IMG/VR virus record: IMGVR_UViG_2663763079_000004
Coordinates: 1 to 64,000 of that record
Length of the DNA: 64,000 nt
Source: an uncultured virus (IMG/VR IMGVR_UViG_2663763079_000004)
Lineage: Duplodnaviria; Heunggongvirae; Uroviricota; Caudoviricetes
Strand: one strand, 5' to 3'
The notes under the pieces were generated by a model. That model was given only the letters and a program-made list of their open reading frames with translations, was not told the DNA's origin and did not search any database. Every line of letters starts with the position of its first letter. Position 1 is the stretch's first letter. A program made the position numbers and the translations under genes. Shown here one piece after another: positions 41,501-51,211 of this stretch.

Positions 41501-44500
41501 ATGCGCAGATAAAGACTGCCGAAAATGGCCTGAAGCAGTCGCTGTCTCAGGTCAACACCACGCTGACCAATGCGGTGAAGCAGGAGACCGCGGATCGTAT
41601 CGCCGATGTTAACGCGAAGGCGTCACAGGCCGCTGATGAACTGCTGGCGGCAACGCAGGGGATTGAGGCGAGTATCGAGAGCCTGACTCAGGTGATGAAG
41701 ACCGCCGATGAAAATCTGGCGCGGGAAATGTCCAGCCTCGCTGCCGGCGCTAATATCCAGTTCGATTCGCAGGTTATCTGGCATTTCAACAATCAGACGA
41801 CCGAGGGCTGGACCGGCAGCGCCGGCGTACCGGGTGTGTCACAGGATGGCTGGTTACGCCCGGCGGACAGCGCCACCGATCCGTACATTACCTCTCCAGG
41901 CGGGCTGGCTGTCGATGGTGCGGCGTACCGTTTCATCATGCTGCGCTTTCGTAAAACCGGCAAACCAGTCTGGGCGGGTGAGATCCGCTGGGTGTCTGCC
42001 GGCGAAAACTTCAATAACACGAAGCGATACATTGTTGCTGAGCCGGAATATGCCGATGGGGTGGCAACCCTGACGGTGCGTGATATTCCGTGGACAGGGA
42101 ACATTGATCGTATTCGCCTGGACCTGACGAACCAGCAGGATGCCAGCAACTTTATCGAATTCGACTGGATCGCCGTTGGCCGGCCAGCACCCGGCGCCAG
42201 TACGGCGGCTTTGCAGGATGTGCGCAGTACGCTGAGTAACGCGCTGACTGCCGAAGCGCAGGCACGCAGCACGCTGGCGGCGCAGATGCGTGGCTCCTAT
42301 GATGGGAGCGATCTGGAGAAAGTCACCTCCGGGCTGCTGTACCAGGAAAAAACCGCACGCGTTACCGCCATCTCGGCGGAAGTTAAGGCCAGAGAGTCCC
42401 TGCAGACGCAGTTTAACGACAACAAAGCTGCTGTTTCTGGTGAACTGAGTTCTCTGACGACAGAGCAGAGCGCGCAGTCGAGCCGTATCGGTGGCCTGGA
42501 AACCAGCCTCGGGAAAAAAGCCGATGCAGCCGCGCTGACGTCCCTGACGCAGAAAGTTGAGCAACAGGGCGCCACGCTGACATCGCAGGGCGCCGCGTTA
42601 ACATCGCTCACTAACCGGGTTGGCCAGACGGAAACGGGCCTGGCTGGTACTAATGAGGCGCTGAGCGGGCTGCAGTCTGTTGTTACCCAGCAGGGTGACA
42701 GGATAACCAGCCAGGGTCAGTCCATCACGAAACTGACGAGCGATTTGGGCACGACAAATGCCGCGCTGGCGAAGAAAGCCGAAGCGGCTGCGGTCACTGC
42801 CTTAACGCAGCAGGTAGAGCAAAACGGGCAGGATATTCGCAGCAATACTGACAGCATCACCAGCCTGTCGAATCAACTGGTCAATGGCCAGCCGAATCGC
42901 TGGTCCCGTCGACTCTATCCGGTGCAGCTGGCTAACGCCGGGACAGTCCCGTCATTCAGCGATGTTCGCGCCGTGGCGCCAACGGTCGTGGATGAGGTGG
43001 CCGACGCGGCCAAACTGGACTTTACATCCGCCGGCAGCTATCTGATCGCGCTGTATTCCTGCCAGGTGAAAGTGGTCGCAGATACCACCATCACACTGGC
43101 GCCCGGCGCCAGGGTTTTTGATGATACCGGCGCCATATTTGTGAATGGGGTTCAGGTCGCCTGGGGTAACGCCAGCTGGAATACCGTCAGTTTTGAACTG
43201 AAAGCCGGCTGGAACACCGTTGAGTTTCTGGTGAATCAGTGGACCGGCCAGGCGTATATCAACCTGGGTCTGAAGCTGTCAGACAAGGTTGCTGAGATGT
43301 ACTGCGGTCTCGGGGTTTCCGCGCTGGCAAACGCAGCCGGCGTGCTCAGCTCGAATGTCAGCCAGATTGGCAACGATGTGGTCAGCAATTCGCAGAGTAT
43401 CACCCAGCTCCGGAATGCGCTGATGCAGACAGACGCGAACGTGGCCAGCAAAGCGGATCAGACGGCGATGAACTCGCTAACCGGACGAGTGGAGAAGACG
43501 GAATCCGGGCTGACGGCTGCTAACGCCAACATTACCTCGCTGAAATCCGCTGTACGGGCCGGAAACGCATCAGGCGGGGATTTAATTCCCAACCCGACGT
43601 TTGACCCGGCGTATGACCAGATGGGGTTCAGCGTGGTAGCCACGACGGCTGAGGAGGTCCCGCCGGGCTGCCCGTATGGTTATGCGGCCCGAATTGCCAG
43701 CCGGGATCACCATCCTAACTTTGCCGCGTTCCCGGCCACGCTTAACGATGTGATTGAGATCAGCGCACTGGTTGCCTGCGGCGCCGGCACGGCGAATTTT
43801 AATCTGTATGTTGGCACCGCCGTTCGGCCAGATACGAGCACCGGTGCGCCACTCATGGCGGGGGGCGGGAAATCACCCTCCGCGACCTGGCAGAGAACCA
43901 CCTGGCGCTTCAAGGTCACGCAGGCGATGGTGGACAGGGGTTATATCCGCCCGTTCCTGCAGATCTCGCAGAACAGCCCGTATGGCACCGTATGGTTCGT
44001 TACGGACTGGCATATGCGAAATGTGACAGCGGCGCAAAAGGTTCAGAATACTGCGGATGCCACGGCGGCGGCGGTTGACTCTCTGACCACCACCGTGACG
44101 CAACAGGGTAATCTGCTGACCTCGACCGGCAACCGGACAACCCAGCTGGAAAACGGGCTGGCAACCACCAATGCCGCAGTGGCCAAAAAGGCTGATGCGA
44201 CAGCGGTGCAGGATTTGACCAATACCGTCACACAGCTGGGCAACGATCTGACTGCTGCGAACAGCGCCATCACGAAACTGACCGGAAATCTGGCGAATAC
44301 CGATAAAGCGCTGGCGCAGAAAGCCGATGCGACTGCGCTGGCCACGCTCGACACGAAAGTGACGCAGCAGGGTAAAACGCTGGAGAGCCAGAGCAATTCG
44401 CTGACGAACCTGTCGAACAGTCTCTCGCAGGTTGCGGCAGATATCGATGCCAGCGGTCAGATACCGGGTAACCTGGTCGTGAATCCCTCGTTTGAACGTG

Positions 44501-47500
44501 GGCTGGATGGCTACACCGGGCGGTCAACCGCGACCAGTGTGGTGGAGGTTTCCGTTCCTCACAGCGGGACGCGGGCGCTGAAGGTTGATCCGGGGAATGT
44601 GACTCCGGGGCAATACATCCCGTTTGTTCAGGGGCGAACCTATGAAATCGGGGTGTGGGTCAAGGAACCCGGAGCGACGACGGATAATGGCGCGGGGAAC
44701 AACAAGCTGCGGATCGGCAACTCTGCCGGCCAGCCGGTTTTTGAGCGTCCATACAACAGCGGTACGGTGGGGACGAACTGGACCCTGATTTCCGGTCGCT
44801 GGAAAGCGACGGAGACAGCCAGCCTGCCGGTGACGCTGAGTAACTATCTGATTAGCGGCAGCCGCTACTTCGATGATTTTTACGTCACTGACGTTACCGA
44901 CCGGGTGGACATCGATGCCACCGCCGGCGCCGTGACCGGACTGACGAGCCGGGTCAGCACTGCGGAAGGGGCCATCACCTCACAAAGCCAGCAGCTGACG
45001 AACCTGCAGAACAGCCTGAATACGACCAACAGCAATGTCTCGAAGAAGGCCGATGCCACGGCACTGACTTCGGTCGATAACCGGGTGACAGAGGCGGAAG
45101 GGAAACTGACCACACAGAGCCAGCAGCTGACAAATCTGGCGAATGTGCTGACGGCGACCCGCAACGCCGGCGACAACCTGATCCCGAACTACGATTTCCT
45201 GCAGGGCAGCACGGCCTGGGATATTCAGTATCCAGCCGGTGTGACCTTTGGCGATTTCGGGGACGGGAAAGCGGGGGTCCGGCTGAACCGGACGACTAAC
45301 ACCAGTCCGGGGATCTTCTCCAACAACAACAAGCCGGTGCCGCTGAATGGCCAGCGCAAGTACCGGGTGGTGGTGAAGGCCAAAGGTATTTCCGGCGCGA
45401 TGAGTCTGCTGATCCGTCGCCAGAACAAAATCGGCCAGACGGACAGTACGTATGAGGATAAAACGGTCACGCTGACCACTGACTGGCAAACCATCACCTG
45501 GGAAACCGGATTGACGGCTGCCGGCGCGGATGGGCAGAACTTCAAACTTTATTCTCATCCGACAAACGGTGAAATCTGGCTCGATTCCGTCCGGGTGTTT
45601 GATATCACCGATGGAACCAACATCAAGGCGACCAGCGATGCTGTTTCGTCTCTGACCGGGACGGTGACGAACCAGGGGAACACCCTGACATCGCAGGGGC
45701 AATCCATCACGGCGCTGAATAACGCGCTGGAAGGGATCAAAGGCGATGTGGCGAAGAAGGCTGATGCGTCGGCGGTCAGTTCACTGACCAACCGGGTTAC
45801 CCAGACTGAAAAGGATATCCGTAGCCAGGCCGACAGCCTGACCAGCCTGAATATATCACTGAAGCAGCAGGCGACACGGGGAGCCAACGTACTGCCGGAC
45901 GGCAGTTTTGAATCCTATGCCGTCGGCGATGTTCTCAGTAATGCCCGCGCCGTTATCACCAGTGAAGCTGCGCACAGCGGGACCAAAAGCCTGCGTGTTA
46001 CGCGCAGTACGGAGTACAACCCGAACGCGACGGATAATAACGATACCCATATCTTTTCGGGCATGCAGGTTCGCGATAACGCGGTCTATTACGTGGAGGC
46101 GTGGGTTAAGTTGCCGGCTGGCTCGACCGCCGATCCGACCGTTTATATGGTGCTCGGATTTTCCTTCCAGGATTCTGCCAATGGCTGGTCGTGGCCTGGC
46201 CTGAACGTGAAAGTCTCCGAGTTGTCGGTGGACAACTGGACAAAAGTCAGTGGCTATCTGACCAACAACCGAACCGCGCTGAAACAGGCAATGGTGAGGA
46301 TCTCCATCCCGAATACACCAAAAGTTCGCCTGGGTGACGCCTTCCTGATTGATGATCTGATCATCACTGACGTGACCGATGCGAAAGCGGCTCTCGATGC
46401 CGCCGATGCGAATGCGCAGGCGCTTTCCAGTCTGTCCGCGTCAGTCACGCAGAACGGGAAGAATATTACGTCTCAGGGCAGCGCGATCACGAAACTGCAG
46501 TCGGATGTGACTCAACTTGGTAAGGATATCAGCGGCAAGGCCGATGCCAGCGCGCTGACGAATCTGACGACCCGCGTGACGGCTACCGAAGGCAGCCTGA
46601 AATCGCAGGGAGACAGCCTGACCAGCCTGCAGAACAGCCTGAATACGACTAACAGCAATGTGGCGAAGAAGGCTGATGCAACGGCGCTGCAGAGCCTGCA
46701 GAACACCGTTGAACAGCATGGGAGGGATCTGACCACGCAAAGCAGCGCGCTGACGAACCTGGAAAACAACTTTTCCTCCCTGGCCGTGGGCGGGACCAAC
46801 CTTATCCGCAATGCGGACACACTGGAAGGATGGAGCAGCCGCCACGCCACAGAGACCTATCTGGGCGACCGCGTGGCCTACACCCGGCTGGCGAAAGGTG
46901 CATCCGGTTATACCCAGCTGGATGAACAGACGCTGGACGTTACCGGGCGTACGGAATTTGTATTCAGCTTCTATGCGAAAGGGGCTTATGACGGGCAGGA
47001 GATGGCGAGTTATTTCTATAACCCGTCGAACACCACCACCACGGAAACCAGCCAGGGCGTTAAAGGCGGGGCCGGTGACGGCAAGGCGGTCACGAAACTG
47101 ACCACCGCATGGGCGCGTTACTGGGTGAAATGGGTTATTCCTGCCACCAGTGGCACCAAACGGCTGATTGCCGCGCGTCTGGAAAGCGCGACATCTGCCG
47201 ACAAAGAAGTCTGGCTCTGCCGCCCTCAGCTGGAAACCGGGACCGTGATGACCGACTGGTCACCGAGTCCGGATGATGCGGCCAGCGGTATTACCGCGAA
47301 CACATCGGCCATTAACAGCCTCACCAGTCGGGTGACGAATGCCGAGGGGCAACTGACCGCGCAGTCTCAGAGCATCACGAATCTGCAGAACAGCCTGAAC
47401 ACCACCAACAACAACGTGGCACAAAAGGCCAGCGCGCAGTCGGTGAGTGATCTCACCAGCCGGGTCACCAGTGCGGAAGGCAAAATCACCTCCCAGGGGC

Positions 47501-50500
47501 AGGCTATCACGAAGCTGCAGGGCGATTTGAGCAGCACCACCGATAAGGTCAACACCAAAGCGGATCAGACGGCGCTTAACGCGCTGACTGGCCGGGTGGA
47601 GAAAACCGAGGCAGGCCTCACGGCAGCCAACAGCAACATCGTCAGCCTGACGGCGGCGGTGAACGCCGGGAATGCTGCCGGGGATGATTACATTCCAAAC
47701 CCGTCATTTGATCCGGCGTATGACCGCATGGGTTATGACGTGGTGGAGACCACCGCCGATGGTGTGCCGGCTGACTGCCCGTTCAGGTATGCCGTCCGGC
47801 TGGCCGGGCGAGACCATGTGCCAAAAATCAACAATATCGCCGTGACACCGGGCGACGTTTTCGAAATGTCTGCTCTGGTAGCGTGTGGTACCGGCAGTGC
47901 TGACTTTAACTTCTATATCGGTCGGGCTACTACCGCCACCGGTGGCATCGGAGCGAAAGCGTCCGGGGGCAACACTAAGACCACCTCCGCGTGGAAACGA
48001 ACCACCTGGCGCTTTACGGTGCCATCCGATACCAGCTTGCTGCGGCCGTTCCTGCAGGTTAATCAGAGCAGCCCGTTCGGCACCGTCTGGTACGCTGCCG
48101 ACTGGCATATGCGTAACGTGACGGTGGCGAACAGTGCGCAGAAAACCGCAGATGCGACTGCAAAAGCGGTGGATTCACTGACCACCGCGGTTAGCCAGCA
48201 GGGCGATACGCTCAGCAGCATCGGCACGCGGACCACCTCGCTGGAGAACAGCCTCCGGTCGACAAACGATACGGTGAGTAAAAAGGCTGACACGACAGCG
48301 GTGACGCAGCTGCAGGGCACGGTGACGCAGCAGGGGAATGACATCGCGGCAGCTAACAGCGCGCTGACAAAACTCAGCAGCGATCTGGCCACGACGAATG
48401 CGAACGTGAACAAAAAAGCGGATGCAAGCGCGATGAACACCCTGCAGAACCAGGTCACGGAGCAGGGCAAAACACTCAGTGCGCAGGGGGATTCTCTGAC
48501 GAAACTGAGTAACAGCCTGAGCCAGACGGCAGCGGATATTGACGCCAGCGGGAAAATGCCGGGCAACCTCATTGTCAACGGCAGTTTTGAGCGCGGCGCG
48601 GCGGGCTTTACCGGCTGGAGCAGTACCGCGACGGTGGCCGATTTACAGGTTCCGCACTCGGGTAACAAGGCGCTGAAAATGTCCGCCGGCCAGTCGAACC
48701 TGGTCGGACAGGAAATCAGTATCACGCAGGGCCGTACCTACCGCATGGGGGTATGGGCGAAGCAGGACCCGGGGACCACGATTAAAGATGCGGGTAACAC
48801 GAAGTTTCGTGTGGCCGACAGCACTGGCCTGCTGGTCGGCTCAAACTACGGACCGTTTAGTTCTGGCTGGCAACTGGTAACGTTTGACTGGAAAGCCACG
48901 AAGACCACGACGGCCAGTTTCCAGCTGACAACCTTCCTCAGCGCGGGGGCAATGTATTTTGATGATTTCCATGTCCTCGATGTTACGGATGAAAAGGATA
49001 TCGCGGCTAATGCCGGGGCTATCTCTCAGATGAATACCCGCGTCACCGCTGCGGAAGGGGCTATCACCACCCAGGCGCAGCAGCTGACGAAACTCAGCGG
49101 CGATCTGGCTGTCACAAATGCGGCGGTCAGTCAGAAAGCAGAGCAAAGCGCTGTCACCGGGCTGACCACCCGGATGACGTCTGCCGAGGGTAAACTGGAT
49201 TCGCAGTCGCAGCAGCTCACCAGTCTGCAGAACAGCCTGACCACGATGAATACTGAGCTGGGTAAAAAGGCTGACACGTCCGCGGTGAGTTCACTGACCG
49301 GTCGCGTCAGCCAGGTGGAAAACACCATCACCAGCCAGTCGCAGAGCATCACGTCCCTGACCAGCACCATCAATACCATCCGCACTCAGGGAGCTAATCC
49401 GTGGGTTGACGGTACGTTTGAAAGCTACAGCGATGGCCAGGTGCTGGGCGGGAACGGCACCGCCGTTGTGGTGGCGTCTCAGAAATTCACCGGCGATAAG
49501 AGCCTGAAGTTGAGACGGGATGAGAACAACGGCGGCAACAGCGATAAACAGCTTGGCACCTGGCAGTCAGTCCGTGAGGACGCGAAGTTCCGGTTTGAGT
49601 TCTGGGCCATGATGCCGGCGGATCAGGCGCCCTCCTCCGGGTGGACAACGCTGGTCGGTATCCAGTCACAGAATGCTGCCGGGCAAAATGCCTGGCAGGC
49701 GGCGGTCACTGTCAGCGAAGCCTCTCTGGGCGCGCGCGATAAATGGGTGAAATTCACGGGTATCGCCAGTAACAACGGGGCGGGCAGAACACGCGCGGTG
49801 GTCTGGATCTCCACCCGTGGCGCCACCGGCAACGGTACCCCTGGCTATTCACTGTATATCGACGATCTGGTCATCACGGATGTTACCGATGCGAAAGCAG
49901 CACAGGATGCCTCTGACGCGACGGCGAGCGCCGTGAGTGGCCTGACGGCGCGCGTAACGGATGCCGAAGGGAAAATCACTGCCCAGGCGCAGCAGCAGAC
50001 GGCACTGGCTACGAAAGTGGATAACGCCAACTCCCGCGTCGATAACATGGCGAAGACGCTGAGCGACAGCCAGAGCACACAGGTCAGCCTGAATACCTCG
50101 CTTCAGTCGCAGATTGACGCGCAGGCGGCCGCCAACATCAAAAACCAGACGACGCTGGACAACACGATTAAATCGGTGGCCAGTATCACCAGTACCCAGC
50201 AGACGCATGCAACGGCACTGGAGGCGCTGGCAACGCAGCAGACGACCCTGACATCCAGTGTCGGGGATCTCAGCGCTTCCGTTCAGAACACCGCCAAAAC
50301 CGTGGCGGATGTGAATGGTACGGTGAGTTCGCTGTGGTCGATGAAGGTTGAGACGGTTAACGGGAAGAATGTTGGCGCGGGGATTACGCTGGGCAGCAAT
50401 GGTGAAACGAGCGACATGATCCTCTACGCCGACCGCTTCTCGCTGTTTAACCGTAACAATGCGACGGCAGTGCCGGTGATGATTGCCGAAGGCAATGAAC

Positions 50501-51150
50501 TGTATATCGATACGGCACGTATCAAAAACAGTTCCCTGACCTCAACCAAAATCGCGGACGGTTCCATCACGAACGCGAAGATCGGCAAAGAGATCCGCTC
50601 GGATGACTTTGTTGACGGGGCACGCGGCTGGAGCATCAACAAGGATGGTGGGGCGCAGTTCAACAATGGGATCTTCCGTGGTCACATTGAGGCGGCAAGC
50701 GGCAAGTTCAAAGGCACCCTGGAAGCTCAGTCATTTATCGGTGATATCGCAGTAGCTCGCCGCTACGATGATATGGCTTTCCGCCGCAACCAGACTGTTC
50801 AGCGTAACGGGGCATACCAGAACCGTGGATATGGGATGACGATTGTTCTGTCGTGCACACTGGTTTACCAGCTCACTGGCGCGGGCAATGTTCAGCAGTC
50901 GTATTCCGTTGATATCACGTTCAACATTGGCGGGCAGGAAGTAACACGTCGCTTCTTTGCCAACGCCGGCGGTTTCCAGTCTGGTGACTTCACTCAGGAA
51001 TTCCGCTTCGCTGCTGATCTGCTGGCTGATAACAACAATGTCAGCTTCTTTATCAAGGCGCGCGGCAACGATGCTTCGATTGACTATAGCTGCTCGATCC
51101 AGAACATCACCGCCACGGCGTTCCGTACAAACAGCAACTCATTCAGCTAA
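38557..51150 (+). CDS. Giant central tail fibre / host-specificity protein J with ~10 inserted globular modules
   Basis: Lambda J-like N-terminus (YPNTAL, WSNNPAW), FN3 region, KKADA coiled-coil repeats alternating with NL.PN.SF modules, DUF1983-like C-terminus. Confidence 0.92.
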   Translation: MAEIKGIAGAKNNGGNKDNGQNRGTEIASVAYMKILLALSEGQIAGQFTGQDICLDGTPLLDADGHENFPGVTWEWRSGLVDQDYIQGFPAVENEISVSTEIKSGTPWVKAINNTQLSAVRLRIKFPNGVYSLRDSGGKDGYRIEFAIDVSTDGSTYTEYGRDTVDGIANTGYERSYRIDLPRANSGWQIRVRRLTENKNNNKTADVSRIESITEIVDAKLRYPNTALLFVQFDSTLFDGRTPTVTVKAKGLVIRVPSNYDPVERTYSGSWDGTFKWAWSNNPAWIFYDLVLNKRYGLGKRISSDQVDKWTLYQIGQYCDAPVSDGAGGKEARYLCDLYISQRTDAWTVLMDLANIFRGMISWSNNLLSVDADMPREMDPDFVFNKSNIVGSFTFSSTSERTNYSAAIVTYSNPQNNYQDDQASVYSQEVADRFGFNTIELSRIGCTRESEAQRHGAYAIETNRDDNGVEFKTGMEGRIPRVGKVIGINNAPMAGRQNGGRVAAVSGKRITLDRAVAAKAGDTLIINLPDGKSQGRKVQGVQDRIVTVEQEYNPAPQAEAGWILDQSDLAIQQFRVKRVVNNNDGTVTINGLPYNPNKFPRVDDGAVIEDRPVTVVPPRGQEAPDDITISSLYRVSQGIGITTLVATWSPVKNAIAYEMQWRQNNGDWINLPRTGNTRFEVDGIYTGRYVVRVRAINAQDIASVWGISKETELTGKSGAPLPPLALATRSLVHGVQVSWEFPTGSGDTLRTELQYSKNQDGSAPTLLSDVVYPGKSYQQMGLSMGAEFWYRARLVDRLGNESPWTGWVQGMASDNFDDYYENLTDAIKDTAAWEETQRTISETQEGIRNTQQELEQTAEALRKEAEDQTKQVSQDIDASAKSITADVDGKISAVNKTITDEITSVNEALDSGLAQANKGVQEAKSAVADANKQIATVNKSLTDSITQVRQSVTDTAAEINATIDLEIARGSKTLADGDAALNAQIKTAENGLKQSLSQVNTTLTNAVKQETADRIADVNAKASQAADELLAATQGIEASIESLTQVMKTADENLAREMSSLAAGANIQFDSQVIWHFNNQTTEGWTGSAGVPGVSQDGWLRPADSATDPYITSPGGLAVDGAAYRFIMLRFRKTGKPVWAGEIRWVSAGENFNNTKRYIVAEPEYADGVATLTVRDIPWTGNIDRIRLDLTNQQDASNFIEFDWIAVGRPAPGASTAALQDVRSTLSNALTAEAQARSTLAAQMRGSYDGSDLEKVTSGLLYQEKTARVTAISAEVKARESLQTQFNDNKAAVSGELSSLTTEQSAQSSRIGGLETSLGKKADAAALTSLTQKVEQQGATLTSQGAALTSLTNRVGQTETGLAGTNEALSGLQSVVTQQGDRITSQGQSITKLTSDLGTTNAALAKKAEAAAVTALTQQVEQNGQDIRSNTDSITSLSNQLVNGQPNRWSRRLYPVQLANAGTVPSFSDVRAVAPTVVDEVADAAKLDFTSAGSYLIALYSCQVKVVADTTITLAPGARVFDDTGAIFVNGVQVAWGNASWNTVSFELKAGWNTVEFLVNQWTGQAYINLGLKLSDKVAEMYCGLGVSALANAAGVLSSNVSQIGNDVVSNSQSITQLRNALMQTDANVASKADQTAMNSLTGRVEKTESGLTAANANITSLKSAVRAGNASGGDLIPNPTFDPAYDQMGFSVVATTAEEVPPGCPYGYAARIASRDHHPNFAAFPATLNDVIEISALVACGAGTANFNLYVGTAVRPDTSTGAPLMAGGGKSPSATWQRTTWRFKVTQAMVDRGYIRPFLQISQNSPYGTVWFVTDWHMRNVTAAQKVQNTADATAAAVDSLTTTVTQQGNLLTSTGNRTTQLENGLATTNAAVAKKADATAVQDLTNTVTQLGNDLTAANSAITKLTGNLANTDKALAQKADATALATLDTKVTQQGKTLESQSNSLTNLSNSLSQVAADIDASGQIPGNLVVNPSFERGLDGYTGRSTATSVVEVSVPHSGTRALKVDPGNVTPGQYIPFVQGRTYEIGVWVKEPGATTDNGAGNNKLRIGNSAGQPVFERPYNSGTVGTNWTLISGRWKATETASLPVTLSNYLISGSRYFDDFYVTDVTDRVDIDATAGAVTGLTSRVSTAEGAITSQSQQLTNLQNSLNTTNSNVSKKADATALTSVDNRVTEAEGKLTTQSQQLTNLANVLTATRNAGDNLIPNYDFLQGSTAWDIQYPAGVTFGDFGDGKAGVRLNRTTNTSPGIFSNNNKPVPLNGQRKYRVVVKAKGISGAMSLLIRRQNKIGQTDSTYEDKTVTLTTDWQTITWETGLTAAGADGQNFKLYSHPTNGEIWLDSVRVFDITDGTNIKATSDAVSSLTGTVTNQGNTLTSQGQSITALNNALEGIKGDVAKKADASAVSSLTNRVTQTEKDIRSQADSLTSLNISLKQQATRGANVLPDGSFESYAVGDVLSNARAVITSEAAHSGTKSLRVTRSTEYNPNATDNNDTHIFSGMQVRDNAVYYVEAWVKLPAGSTADPTVYMVLGFSFQDSANGWSWPGLNVKVSELSVDNWTKVSGYLTNNRTALKQAMVRISIPNTPKVRLGDAFLIDDLIITDVTDAKAALDAADANAQALSSLSASVTQNGKNITSQGSAITKLQSDVTQLGKDISGKADASALTNLTTRVTATEGSLKSQGDSLTSLQNSLNTTNSNVAKKADATALQSLQNTVEQHGRDLTTQSSALTNLENNFSSLAVGGTNLIRNADTLEGWSSRHATETYLGDRVAYTRLAKGASGYTQLDEQTLDVTGRTEFVFSFYAKGAYDGQEMASYFYNPSNTTTTETSQGVKGGAGDGKAVTKLTTAWARYWVKWVIPATSGTKRLIAARLESATSADKEVWLCRPQLETGTVMTDWSPSPDDAASGITANTSAINSLTSRVTNAEGQLTAQSQSITNLQNSLNTTNNNVAQKASAQSVSDLTSRVTSAEGKITSQGQAITKLQGDLSSTTDKVNTKADQTALNALTGRVEKTEAGLTAANSNIVSLTAAVNAGNAAGDDYIPNPSFDPAYDRMGYDVVETTADGVPADCPFRYAVRLAGRDHVPKINNIAVTPGDVFEMSALVACGTGSADFNFYIGRATTATGGIGAKASGGNTKTTSAWKRTTWRFTVPSDTSLLRPFLQVNQSSPFGTVWYAADWHMRNVTVANSAQKTADATAKAVDSLTTAVSQQGDTLSSIGTRTTSLENSLRSTNDTVSKKADTTAVTQLQGTVTQQGNDIAAANSALTKLSSDLATTNANVNKKADASAMNTLQNQVTEQGKTLSAQGDSLTKLSNSLSQTAADIDASGKMPGNLIVNGSFERGAAGFTGWSSTATVADLQVPHSGNKALKMSAGQSNLVGQEISITQGRTYRMGVWAKQDPGTTIKDAGNTKFRVADSTGLLVGSNYGPFSSGWQLVTFDWKATKTTTASFQLTTFLSAGAMYFDDFHVLDVTDEKDIAANAGAISQMNTRVTAAEGAITTQAQQLTKLSGDLAVTNAAVSQKAEQSAVTGLTTRMTSAEGKLDSQSQQLTSLQNSLTTMNTELGKKADTSAVSSLTGRVSQVENTITSQSQSITSLTSTINTIRTQGANPWVDGTFESYSDGQVLGGNGTAVVVASQKFTGDKSLKLRRDENNGGNSDKQLGTWQSVREDAKFRFEFWAMMPADQAPSSGWTTLVGIQSQNAAGQNAWQAAVTVSEASLGARDKWVKFTGIASNNGAGRTRAVVWISTRGATGNGTPGYSLYIDDLVITDVTDAKAAQDASDATASAVSGLTARVTDAEGKITAQAQQQTALATKVDNANSRVDNMAKTLSDSQSTQVSLNTSLQSQIDAQAAANIKNQTTLDNTIKSVASITSTQQTHATALEALATQQTTLTSSVGDLSASVQNTAKTVADVNGTVSSLWSMKVETVNGKNVGAGITLGSNGETSDMILYADRFSLFNRNNATAVPVMIAEGNELYIDTARIKNSSLTSTKIADGSITNAKIGKEIRSDDFVDGARGWSINKDGGAQFNNGIFRGHIEAASGKFKGTLEAQSFIGDIAVARRYDDMAFRRNQTVQRNGAYQNRGYGMTIVLSCTLVYQLTGAGNVQQSYSVDITFNIGGQEVTRRFFANAGGFQSGDFTQEFRFAADLLADNNNVSFFIKARGNDASIDYSCSIQNITATAFRTNSNSFS

Positions 51151-51211
51151 CAGAGGCCCCGCAAGGGGCCTTTTCTTTTTCCAGGGATAACCATCCAGGA
51201 GGAACTTTATT

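Noticed and set aside
41793..50666. Many 60-240 aa minus-strand ORFs within J
   Set aside because: Expected from codon bias of a GC-rich repetitive gene; no RBS or motifs
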